DNA of 64,000 bases from Eledone cirrhosa. Its lineage: Eukaryota. The notes below the pieces were generated by a model. The model made no database searches and had not been told where the DNA came from. It saw nothing but the letters and a program-made list of their open reading frames with translations. This document shows, one piece after another, positions 51,805-64,000 of this stretch (the first letter of the stretch is position 1; every line of letters begins with the position of its first letter). The DNA lies in assembly GCA_964016885.1 (NCBI GenBank), contig OZ024751.1, positions 27,714,001 through 27,778,000 of the forward strand. Direction: 5' to 3'. The translations under genes were made by a program, and so were the position numbers.

Positions 51805-52160
51805 AGATTTCTTTATTAGCCACAAGGGCGCACAAGAAAAGGGGACAATACAAAGACATGCCGGGGATTTTACATACAGTCGTGTAAAAAATATAAAAAC
51901 AAACAATTACAACAATCGAAATCCCCAATAGAGGGGAGGGGCCACAAATGGGCTGTTTAATACCCCGTCGATAGAACAACCCTCAACTCCAGGAGCGTGT
52001 TGTGAAAGTGCTCCTTTATTCCTTTTGTTCTCTTCTTCAACCCACAGGCTTATAAACAGAGAAGGCCCAATCACTCGGGCCATTTTCGCTTCATTCATCC
52101 ATCTTTCAGTAAATTTACTGGGGTGCAGTGCCTCTCTCTCCACCCTGATTCTCCTTCTAA
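51805..52160 (-). mobile_element. Tx1/L1-like LINE 3' end in a (GATA)n tract
   Basis: HFRRRIRVEREAL...KFTERW...A peptide and GGCTAATAAAGAAA tail; a second short tail lies at about 52480-52545. Confidence 0.6.
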
Positions 52161-52265
52161 AGTGATAGATAGATAGATAGGTAGATAGATAGGTAGATAG
52201 ACAGGTAGATAGATAGGTAGATAGATAGATAGACAGGTAGATAGATAGATAGGTAGGTAGATAGG

Positions 52266-52381
<116 letters not shown>

Positions 52382-52552
52382 TAGACAGATAAATAAGTAA
52401 ACACATATATAGAGTGTTAGATAGATAGACAGACAGACAGACAGGTAGATAGGTAGATAGATAAATGAATGAATAGATATCTTTATTTGCCACAAGGGCG
52501 TACAAGAAATGGAACATTACAAGACGTGACGGCGGGGGTTTTACATAAAAAA

Positions 52553-52655
52553 TCGAATAAACTTTTACATAAACGTATAAACTTTTACATAAAAACGTAT
52601 AAACTTTTACATAAAAACGTATAAACTTTTACATAAACGTATAAACTTTTACATT
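52553..52655. repeat. Short tandem repeat, about 20-22 bp x5
   Basis: CGTATAAACTTTTACATAAA(AA) repeated. Confidence 0.85.
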
Positions 52656-54479
52656 AAAACACATAAACAGTAATACCTACTTTATTAACAGTAGATAAAA
52701 AAAAACAAAACAAAACGAAACGAAAGGAAACAAAAAAATAAACATTTGTAATAGGCGGACTCCCGGTTTTTCGCTGTTGCCGTAACCAATGTGATTCAAC
52801 AGAAGCAGCGACATACATATCACAAGAAAGTGCTAAAACTTTTCATACCCGGTTCCCTAAGCATTTAATTATTTATTAAGAATGTTATTTATTAATTTTA
52901 ATTTTATTTTTATTTACTGCTAGTTTGTAGTAAAGTAGTTGTTGTCTTAACTACATGTGTAGAAAAAGAAAAAAAAATGATAATAATATCGTAATAATTA
53001 TTTCTACTTTTGGCACAAGGCCAGCAATTACCCAGTACATTACTGGTACTTTATTTTATCGACCCCGTAAGGATGAAAGGCAAAGTCAACCTCGGCGGGA
53101 TAATGACGGGTTTCTTTTCTCAGCAAAATAACAAACTTTAACGGTTTCAAAAGCTACACGCACTCAGCTGATAGGTGGGTGACAGTTTAAAGTGTTGACA
53201 GCTCTTTTATATGTGTGTATATATTTAGAAAGAAAAAGTAGGACACAGATGTTAAAGAAATTCCAAGGTCTGATTTGTAGTATTATAAATTTATATATCT
53301 ATCTATCTATGGGCGCATTGGAGAATGTTGTTAGCTGAAAAGACGACGTAGTCGGCTGGAATGTCAACTCCGACGAAGAATGCTCCATTGGGTTTAATCA
53401 GCGGAACTGCCTGCCTGTTCGTGAAATTAACATGTAAGTGGCTGAGCATTCCACAAACTCGTGCATTTGGTTCGGAAATTGAACTTACGACAATACGATA
53501 CACGAGCTATACACCCTAACCCATGCATCTTCACATATCATACACATATATTGTCATGTTAAGCACAAGACTTTCCCCTGGATGGGTCGCTAGTCCCTCG
53601 AAGCCTGGTACTCATTAAATTCGCGCGCTTTCACACACCAACGAGTGGAGCTCGTTAGTTTCATTTTCTTATTTCGATATTGTCAATCTTACCCCAAATT
53701 TGGATGTTGTTGTGATGGTTGTTGTTTAGCCCCCAGTCAAGCCACAAATATCGCGTCAACCTATGATCAAAAAGTGGCCCAGATGTGATAACCTCGTCCT
53801 GTTTTCTTTCTTACTATATTTCTTCTCAGACATAGTTAATGTAAAAATGATTCAAAAATAGAAATTTGGTTGTTATTTCTAGCAGATCGTGTAACCACGT
53901 GGAAGTTCTCTTACTGAACTTGTTATGTAAGGTAAGATAGGCGAGGGAAAAGGCCAACGAATTAAATCAAGAATAAGAATAAGATTTGAAAGGAAAGAAA
54001 CAATAAACAAGAACATTAACAACATAATAAAATAGTGACAGTCTTTACAAATGAGTCGGCATTTTTTTACACGCTGCCATCTAGTTGTAAAAGGAGAGAA
54101 AAGTAGTAAAAAGAATGAGTGTATATGAATGAAAGATATGTATGTTTACAGAGATGTCAGCAAAACGCCTCACTAAACACGATATATATATATATGTGTA
54201 GGTATGTGTATATGTAGATATACGTGTCGTGTTTATATATACATATATATAAAGGTAGGTCTAGATATTTATTTATTGAGGGACGCCAGTATCTGTATTG
54301 TTTTATATACACACACATGCGTATATATTTATATATATGTAAACCATTGTATATACATTGACGAGACTGAAAACATCGCCATGTGTATACATGATCATCT
54401 GAGTGACAAGTCAAGTCATCTGTCTTTTATTTTATTTTCATTCCCTACTTATTTTCCTTTACCCAGACAGGAAAAGAGC

Positions 54480-54925
54480 TGTCACGTGACACTTGCAGCG
54501 GATCAGAGTCACGTGCCCTTGTATACCTCTCACCATCGTCATCATCATTTTACCGTACTGACGTCAGCGGAATGTGTGTATGTGGTAAGCGTAAGTTGCC
54601 CAAACCAACCCAAGTTGCTTCAACCAACTCCCCACTTCCTCTGACCTCATAGATTGCTTGTTAGTCTTCGTTGGAGAATTAATTCAATTAGTATTTTCAT
54701 ATTTCAAATAAAATTATATAAGATAAGCTTACACAAAAGCCGAAAAAATATATATGAAAATAAATGAATTAGAATCGACAGAAAATATCCCAACTTTCTA
54801 AAGCACTTACGTAATTTATATATAATTCAATAGCTGATGAAAACAAGTTCTGTATATATATCGTACATCGCGCCACTTCCATAGTCTGCTAAAACGCCAT
54901 TTTTTTATGTGTCACTTCCTTCCTC
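54480..54925. promoter_or_regulatory. Putative (bidirectional) promoter
   Basis: GTCACGTGAC (54481) and GTCACGTG (54508) E-boxes, CRE TGACGTCA (54559), several CACTTCC ETS-like sites, YY1-like CGCCATTTT (54895), local CpG enrichment, upstream of TYSND1. Confidence 0.55.
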
Positions 54926-56089
54926 CCTTTCTTTTTCTCTCTTCTAACGTGTGTTTGTGTTTTGATGTCATAAGGCTTGTCTAGGTAAATCTAAACCTTA
55001 AAAAAAAAATACCTGGAACCTGTTATCTCATCCTTAAAATAAATATTTAAAAAAACAACTTTTTTTACGAAGAATAATTATTATAAATGATTTTTGACAG
55101 ACAACGAGAACGTGTATTTAAAAAAAGAATCATATTTATTTAATTTTCATTTCTCGATTCGTTGCTATTTATGCAAAAATAAATAATTTCACGTTTGTCT
55201 AGGAATCTCAGACTCAAAATCTTTCGTTCACGGATTTTTACCGCCTTCAATCAAGCTGAAATCTTTAAAATAAAGTAAAAATAAATAGAAAAATATATAT
55301 TCAACAAAAAAAAATTCCATTAATAAAAATTTTCTGAATCTTTTAAAAATATATTATAATGTGTTTTTATTATTTTTTCTATTTTTACAATTGAATAATT
55401 TATTTATATTTTATTTCTCCTCCTCTTTCGTCTTTCTTTTGCACAGCAGCTTCTTCCCTCCCTTCCGTCGCCATCTTTTGATTCTTCTTTTCCTTAAACA
55501 TTACATTACACATACATAAACATCTCTCTCTCTTCACTCCACCTTCCTCTCATTAGTACTTGTTTGTCATCACCTTCTCCTCCTCATCCTCTCTGCTGAC
55601 AACCATATCCTCACCCTTTCTCTTACTCTCTCCTTATCGTTAACTCCCCTTCGTCGACTTCCTCCTTCTCTATTTCATCACCCTTATTATCTTTTTTTCC
55701 TCTCCACTTTCCTAACACTACACTCCTACTCTATCTACGTTGAGTGTGCCCTGCCTACCTTGCCTTTCTTTTTCACTCTCTTTCCATCGTTCTCAACCTC
55801 TTTCTGTCACTCTCTCTCTCTCTCTTATACACACACTCTTCCCTCTCTCTCTCCTAAACAAACTCCCTCCCTCCCTCCCTCTTTACTAAGTAGCTCTTCT
55901 TTCTCTCTCTCTCACACATACTCTTTCCTCCTCCACCTCACTCTACTAAATAAACTCCCTTCCTCCGTACTGCTATGTAGCTCTTAACTCATACTCTCTC
56001 TCCATTCCTCCACCTCCGTCACTAAACAAACCCCCTCCCTCCCTATCACGTAGCTCTTGCCTCTCTGTATCTCTCTAGCTCTCCCTCTC

Positions 56090-56164
56090 CTCTGTGTCAA
56101 AGGTCAAGGCGGTCCGTGGAAAATTACTTGTAAACCCCGCAGGTCATTGGCACGTTACATGACG
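56090..56164 (+). other. Candidate early exon of a divergent + strand gene
   Basis: ATG ACG followed by a strong donor G|GTGAGT at 56165 after a pyrimidine-rich leader; no downstream exon identified in the window. Confidence 0.35.
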
Positions 56165-57228
56165 GTGAGTGTTTTCTGAATATTATTTTGCTGATAAAAT
56201 TTGCAAAGGGGGGTAAAAGTTCGGGTTGAGAGGGCTGAAAAGAAAAAGACAAAAATTCCGCAAGGAAAAAAAAGGGCTGGAACATTTAAAAAAATTTTTT
56301 TTTTATTTTTACACACGAGGGGGGTTGGTTTGGTTTTTTTAATGGTTGCAAGGGAAACATAAAAAATAACAACACGATTTTCCCCTCCACCTCTGAAAAG
56401 GAAAGAAAAAAAACACAACACAACCCCTCACACCTCAGTCAAAAACCCCCACTACTACTATCATCATCATCTTTATATATAAATATATACATATGCATGT
56501 ATATATATATACATATATCTATATATAATACAATAAGCTAAGGCGGCCGTCTCTTTTTACAAGTCGTGCTGTGTCATGTCTTGTGGCTGTTTATGTTGTG
56601 GTATTGTGGTGTTTCTGGTTGTGTGGAAATGTGTTGGTGTGCTTGATGTTTATGTTGTGGTAGTGGTGGTGGTGGTTCTGTTGTGGATGTGGTGGTGTGG
56701 TAATGTGGTAGTGGTGGTGTGGTAGTGCTTTGGTTGTGGTGGTGTGGTAGTATTGTGGTGGTGTGTTTTGGCTGTTTATGTTGAGGTATTGTGGTGTTTC
56801 TGTTATGGTGGTGGTGTGTTTGGTGTTGAGGGGGGAATCGGGCGATGCTTAAAAAGCTTTGCTTGGCTTTAAAAAAAAACAGTAAAAGAAAAAATCACAA
56901 ACTGAACTGACACTCTTTTCCATTGTTGAACTAGAACTAAGCAAGGTCATGTGCTAATATTATATATACATATGTATGTATATATATATACACACACTCA
57001 AGGTAGCAGAGTTTAAACAGAGAAATATATCACTCATTCCCCTATATATATATATACCGCCTATATATTTATATATATATATATATAGGTGGTATAACTT
57101 TATCATATATATACTCAAGAGAGCAGTAAGCGAAAACGATCACCACACATTCGCCTATATATATATATATATATATACATACATTCTCAAGAGAGTAGAA
57201 AAGACAGATCGGTCCACACATATTCACC

Positions 57229-57262
<34 letters not shown>

Positions 57263-57860
57263 TATATACACACACACACTCTCTCAAGAGAGCTGTATAG
57301 AAAGCCCACAACCACCACTCATCCGCCATACAAATAAATATACCTTCATTCACAACAACCGCAGCAAGGAGCTAATATTTATTTATATAGAAGTCATCAT
57401 CATCATCATTAATACTTTTACCATGATTTCATTTTATCTATCCGTGTGTGTTTGTTGGTATTCATTTTACTCTTCTCTCTCCTCTTCAAACTAATCATTC
57501 TCTCTTGTATGTCTTCCACACTTCTCTACAAACACTCACATATATTCATGTGGAGTAGTACATGTGTCGATTTCCTCTCTATATATACACATGTATGTGT
57601 ATATATTGCAAATGCGCACACACACACACACATATATATATTGCTTGTATGTCTTCCACACTACTTTTCTACAAACACTTTCTCTATATATTCATGTGGA
57701 GAACATGTCTATTTTCTCTATATAAACTGTATATATACACATGTATATATATATATTTCTTGCGTGACTTCACTACTTTTCTATCACCTACAGACTCATT
57801 ATACAAACTCTCATATACATACATATCTTTATGTGGTGTGTATGTGTCTACTTCTAGATA

Positions 57861-57896
<36 letters not shown>

Positions 57897-58020
57897 ACAT
57901 ATATATAAGTTCCTTGCGTGTCTTCACAACCTTTCTATAATTCACTCCTTACAATCGTATGTATATATATATATATATTCTTGTGGAGTACGTTTCTAAT
58001 TGCAATATATAAAGTAAATA

Positions 58021-58057
<37 letters not shown>

Positions 58058-59865
58058 GTACACGATCTGTTTCTCCATTTAAAATGCAAGCCACATGGCC
58101 TGGTCAACAAATCTATAGTTTATATCAAAATCTTTCTATTTTCTCTTCCTTACCTTTCATCATTCCTTTTATTAAGTCAGCTTATTACACTAACTTACTT
58201 AGATTTCATTTAATTTCATTATCTTTGCATTATATATATATATATATATATTACATATATCTATCGATATATAATGCGTGTACATTTCATCGTAAGTTTC
58301 ATTTCACTTGTCATCCACAGACATTCTTTTCTCTCTCTCTCTCTTCCCTTTTATTTGATTACTATTTCGCTTTCATTTCTTCATTTATATATATAGATGT
58401 ATATATATATATATATACACACCTATCTATATATACACATCTATCTATATATGTAATGTATGTATATATATAGTGTGTGATACTAACTTGGTAGAAATAT
58501 CCAAGGTATAGAGCAATTCAAGTCCGTAGGGTGAATTTTGATATGATTATTAAAGGCCAGTTACTACAACTGAGCCATACCAGAAACATACGATTCGTTG
58601 GTCTGGAGGACCTATATGCACGTATATATATATATATATACCCTTATGTGTGTGTATGCATATAATTTCTAAACCTTTATTGTGGTTTATTTCTCAACCA
58701 CACACACATATCGTGGAAGCCTTTACGTGATTGCTCCACATAAATAACAGCCCGATTGCTAAAAATAACAGTCAGATCTCGTTATTTCTGAAACTACACC
58801 ACAATGTCTAAAGAAAAAACACATTGTTTAATGTGGCCCAGGGTAATTAAAGCCAGCTGGAATGTCATAGAAACATAAGTATTCTCAATCAAGGTCGACC
58901 TAGGGTTAAAACAATACCAACACCTTTCTAAAGTGTGTGTGTGTGCATATATATATGAGGCTTCATGGAAGCAATGCTGTTCTGTTTGTCGTTCATATTT
59001 CTTTCTAAAATAGATTTAAACTGACAGATCTCGAAACTAAAAAGTGAAGTCAGCGGAGGTTTTTATGGTTTCGTGAAGTATTTGAACTGTTGTGTCACCA
59101 ACTCGGCCTGTCGTATTATGTGGAAAACATAAACACAAGAGAGTATACATGTATCAGATCTCATCCTCGACTTGTTTAAGAAATAGGTGTCAAGTGTCCC
59201 TCAAATAACAATGTACTCCTTCCTGTTTGTTTTTTTAAGAACGGGGATTAAATATCAGGATGGTCACGACAGGAATGTCATTGATCTAATGTCCAAAGAT
59301 CTGACATGGGTCTAAACAACTGCAACGTATGTGTGTGTGTGTTTGCATCATGCCTGAATTTAATGTTCAAATAACATTACATACTTCTAGTCGAACTAAC
59401 GATGGAGGCCTCCGTCTGCTAAAAATAGCAGCCACGTGTGTCCTCAAATCATAACCATCAGGTTCTTTAAAACTGGACGAACTTTGGACAATGTATTCTT
59501 AGTTATATAAACTCACAGGATGACCACAACATTAACGCCTTTGGTTTATATAAGTCTGCTGACCTTGGTCTAAATATAAACTGAGAACGAAGTAGGAAAA
59601 AAAGGCGCAATTGTCAAAACTTTATTTTGTCTTGATTTCGTCTTTAAACTGTTTCATTTCTTTTTCGATACCTATATCACTCTATATATTTATATATGTA
59701 TACACACACGCATATATATGTATACATACACAGTAATAATTAATACAAAGACCAAAATCCAGAGAGGACTCGATAAGGGTTGTATATATATACACAAGTA
59801 GAGCAAATATTTACTATTAGCACAGATTAAAAGTTTAAGCAAATAATTTCTGATTTCACCCTGTG

Positions 59866-59921
<56 letters not shown>

Positions 59922-60699
59922 ATGTATGAGAGAAATCGCCATGATTACATTTGTGTAACCTAAACAGAAGCACATTCTTTTAAATCGTTTTAATCTATCT
60001 TCTTGTCCACGAAGGAGTTTTTACCTGCTAGTGATAGCAGTCAAATCTCCCTCTACCGTCTTTGAAGAGATCATAAAAGGAAAAGGAAGTACACATTGGA
60101 CTATACGGTCCAAGGTATACTATGATGGTGTTTGAGATGGGACGCTATTTGGTCTTGTCTGCTCGATGTGTGCTGACCTGCTACTAAACAGCATCAATGT
60201 ACTTACATATCTATACTGGACACTAAATGACCATTTATGTAGTTAATAGTATACAGAAGAGAGGGAGTGATAGTGAATGAAATATACGTGGAAAAATATC
60301 CGGAGGGAACAGAATAATGAATGAAATATATTGTAGGTTCCATGTGGAGGAAAAAACAATCTTGTAAGCGTTTCTATCTATCTTGCAACGTGAGAGCCAG
60401 ACCATTCATTCGACAATTTGTTCTTGTCTCCAGTAGTAATGTATCATTTCACCGGTTTCATTGTATATAGGACATGTCAGGTTTAGGGCTGGGGTTCCGT
60501 GAAAAGGGGCTGAGGAGTATATTTATATTACAATCATATAACAGTATTAGACTTGGGGGGGTTCCCTCAAAAGTTTCTGAACCCCAAAAAAGGTTCCACG
60601 TTTGAAAATGTTTGGAAAACTCTGGTTTAAGGGTTCCTTCCGTCGTTGACTCCGATTCACTGGATTCATTTCACTCACACACACACACACATATATATA

Positions 60700-60896
60700 T
60701 ATAATGTATATGTGGGTTCTCGAGTGATGTCGGGGGTAAAGAAAGTACTCAATACGTTGGTAGAGTATAGGCATGTTTATTATATATAGAAATAAATGGT
60801 TTTTGCAGGACCAGAACTGTTTCATCGTATGAAATCATCAGGAATGGCCTGATGATTTCATACGAATGAAACAGTTCTAGTCCTGTAGAAATCATT
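60700..60896. repeat. Hammerhead fold-back element, same family as 43373-43552
   Basis: Imperfect arms about 60796-60842 and 60848-60896 with CTGATGA-TTTC ATAC GAAT-GAAAC AGTTCTA GTC-CTG; shared upstream tail GTACTCAATAC...AGAGTATA; (TA)n flanks. Confidence 0.85.
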
Positions 60897-61339
60897 CATA
60901 TATATATATATATATATATATACGTTTCATTCCACTGTGACCGGTGTGTTTTTTTTGCTGAATAATATTGTGTAGGTGTGTGTTAGATGTCTTTTGTTTT
61001 GGTACCTTTATTATTATAGTTTTGTTTGGTGGGGAAGGGGCAGTGCTTATGATTTTTGCAAATCCCGGAGACTTGCAATGTCCTTGACGTTTTGCTTGAA
61101 TTTTTTTAGAGGGTCAAAACTTTATGGAAGAAACGACTGGGTGTAATGATTGGTGTTGGGAGGGGGAACTGTGGGGTGGACTAGAAAGAGGGGTGAGTCG
61201 GGTGTGTTTGAGTGGTGGTGGCCTAAGGCAGAGCCACCACATCCTATGAGCAGAGGCCTCTGCAGCAAGTTGATGGGACACTGAGATAGAACAGTATATC
61301 AGTGAGTGAGAGGGTGAAGTGTGTTGATTAGTGACTTCA

Positions 61340-62300
61340 TGCCCATCATTTAGAGCAGCCTTTGGATGTGGTCTAAGATCTATTTGTGTGTGTAGCAGTA
61401 TCACCTCTCCCACATATTGGAAATTGTGGGTCTCATCTGAACTTTAAGGGCTTTACTATCTTCTGAATTTGAAGAGAAAATCTATTCTTTGAGATGTGGT
61501 CTAGGATGTCTGTGGGTGTGTGGCTATCACCACCATCACCAGATTTTAGAGCAGTGCCATATTTTGGGTCTCACTTGAGCTTTGCTGAAGGTGAAATATT
61601 TATTGAAGTTGAAGATTTTTCTTTAGATGTGGTCTGTGTGTATGTAGCAACACTGTCCGCAGACAATGTAGCAGTGCATCATTGAGGGTCTCTACAGAGC
61701 TGTAATATCTTCTGGATTTGAAGAGAAAATCCAGTCTTTGTGATCTGTAATAAGGGTGACTGTGTGTGTGTGTATATACAACCATGATCAGATATTGGGG
61801 CAGTGTTTCATTGTGGATATCACGTGAGCTTTTATTGAGGGCTGAAGTATTTACTGAATTTGAAGAGAAATCTATTCAGAAATGTGGTCTAGAATGTCTG
61901 TTTGTGTGTAGCATCATCCACAGATATTGGAGCAGTGCTTCATTGAGGGTCTCTATAGAGGTGTGTTGAGGGTTGAAGTATTTACTGAATTTGAAGATGG
62001 CCTTTCTCTGGATTGGTCTAGGATGTATGTGGCAGCAGAACTGTCCCCAGACATTGAAACTACATTATTGTGGCTCTCGAACTTCTGTTGAGGGCTGAAG
62101 TATTTTCTGTATTTGAAGAAGAAGGATTTTCCCTGAATGTGGTCTAAGTTGTCTGTATATATGTATGACTAATACACTTACTTCATTGTGGTACTTGAGC
62201 TTTTGTCGAGAGCTGAAATATTTACTGAATTTGAAGAAGGAAGTTTAGTCTTTGAGATGTCTGTGTGTGTGTGTGCAGAACACTGTCCAAGATGTGGGAG
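61340..62300. repeat. Degenerate tandem repeat, about 110-140 bp x7-8
   Basis: Recurring TTTACTGAATTTGAAGA..., GATGTGGTCTAGGATG and GCAGTGC.TCATTG blocks at about 61461, 61598, 61710, 61850, 61980, 62101 and 62220. Confidence 0.75.
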
Positions 62301-62479
62301 GGTTAGTAGTTGAGGAGGTCCACTGTTTAAAATGAAATCTTTGCTATGTTAAGGATGTGCATTTATCAGGAAAATTCTCAGTTATGGTGCCATCTAAGTA
62401 TTGATAGCAAACACGAGGGTACGTAAGGTGCAGTAATGTTTTCTTGATATGCACTATGGTTGACTGGTCAGCGACTAAA

Positions 62480-63800
62480 CCAGCTCCCCCACCAGACCCT
62501 GGTTTGATGTGGAGGGTAAGTGGAACCCCAGCAGCACAAAAAAAGTGCTGTTAAAAGGTTGGATGAACTCCTGAGAGTCAATGGCCATTCACCTCCCAGC
62601 TATTGGTTAAATATCCTCACCAACCTGCAATTGGCCAAGTGTGGTGAGTACAGATACATCCCTGACATAACTGAAAGTGGTGGAAGTCAACAAGGGAGGG
62701 GGTCCGTCAACAGGAATGAGAAGACCCTGGATTGGGTTAGTGCAGTGAAGGTGTATTTTTATGTTGTTGGAAACAAAATTGGTATGACCCCATTGGAGTA
62801 AGTTTTTGAGGATTTCTGTTCGAGGAGTCAAGGGAGGTTTCTCATGAGGTGTCTAGGTTGCATGTGGATGATATTTGGATGTAGAAAGTTAAGGGGTGTG
62901 GAATGAAGGGAGGTTTATTATCTGTATAGGAGTGGACCTTATTGGATGTGTAGAGGACAAAATGAAACCTGTAAGATACAGAGTTGGTAGTGCAGTTCAG
63001 GGAGAGTTCTATCCACATAGACCACAATAGTGCAATCTAATTAGAAGTGGACAGTGTTACCAGGAGGTTCAGGTTACAGTTATGATAGAAAGCTTTGCAG
63101 AGGTCAAGGGTAACCACATTGCTTGAGTAACATAGGAGAGTTGGTCTCCAGTAGATCTGGCTTTGTGAAAACCATACTTGTGATCATTAAGGAGGAGAGG
63201 GGGAGAGATTTAAGGTTTTGGAGAAGTTTATTAATGGCTGTCTCTATCATTGTGAGATATGAGATAATGAAAGTGAGTGCAATAAGATGGTAGTTAGTAG
63301 GGTCAGAAGGGTTGCCCTTGTTGGAGACACAATATAGTGTCATCATTTACTGTCCATTTTCCATGCTAGCATGGGTTAGACAGATTGTCCCATTAGAGGC
63401 AAGTTGGGTCAGGTGACCATGTCTGCTTATATAGGACTGTTTATGGCTAGATTTCTACAGCTGTTTCATAATATCAGGAAATACCCCTGCAGAAAGAAAG
63501 GGGGAAGATTAAAGAGTTTGATGGTAACAACAAACATTAAGGCCAGTGGCTTTGATTTGAAGCAACCAGAGGTACTTGTGTATCCATGCTGAAGTGAAAA
63601 GGGATAATTCCCTAGTGTCTAGTGTGGAGTTGGGTGAAAATTGAAGTGGCAATGTGGAGTCTGTCTTCACAGGAGTACTGTTCTCAATCATCACATTTCA
63701 GAAGTTGAGGTAGAGAGGTCTCTGCAAAATTGATAAAGTTCCTTTTGACCAGAACTTGTTGATTGTATGATGCATGAGAACAGGGGACACCTTGAATGTT
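62480..63800 (-). mobile_element. CR1/Jockey-like LINE, degenerate fragments
   Basis: KGNPSDPTNYHLIALT followed by DHKYGF...ST.DQL; KATG..V segment; interrupted by an RTE-type tail at about 63340-63470. Confidence 0.6.
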
Positions 63801-64000
63801 TGGATGGTCTTACATTGGTGGTACTAGATAAGGGCCATCAAGTTTGTAAGGATGAGTAATTCCTAAGTGTTGTAGGCCATGTTTTTTCCTTGAAATATTG
63901 CTGTGCATATAATGGTCAGGTACATATATAGATGCTCAGGTCAGGCTTCTGCCTGTTATTGGTATCATGTAACCCAGTACAACCTGCTTCATGGTTGAGT

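Overview
Eukaryotic, AT-rich, microsatellite-dense genomic DNA. The repeat families resemble those of an octopus/coleoid cephalopod; this is an inference, not database-checked. Two spliced protein-coding genes can be rebuilt by hand with consistent GT-AG phases. One is the 3' part of a neutral sphingomyelinase-1 (SMPD2-like) gene on + (6 exons, 896-14470). The other is an apparently complete TYSND1 peroxisomal protease on - (9 coding exons, 51231-33258, about 569 aa, His/Asp/Ser triad, C-terminal SKL). A motif-rich promoter-like region at about 54.5-56.2 kb may also start a divergent + strand gene. The rest is mostly mobile DNA: tRNA-derived SINEs, RTE, R4/Dong-like, Tx1-like and CR1-like LINE fragments, a Gypsy LTR fragment, a DD37D (maT) transposon, piggyBac-like MITEs, a Helitron end, three Penelope-like elements and several minisatellites. 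The most striking unexplained structure is a dispersed set of minimal type-I hammerhead ribozyme motifs. Several sit in short fold-back palindromes next to (TA)n, with the inversion axis at or near the ribozyme core. Most short ORFs in the supplied track are microsatellite artefacts.
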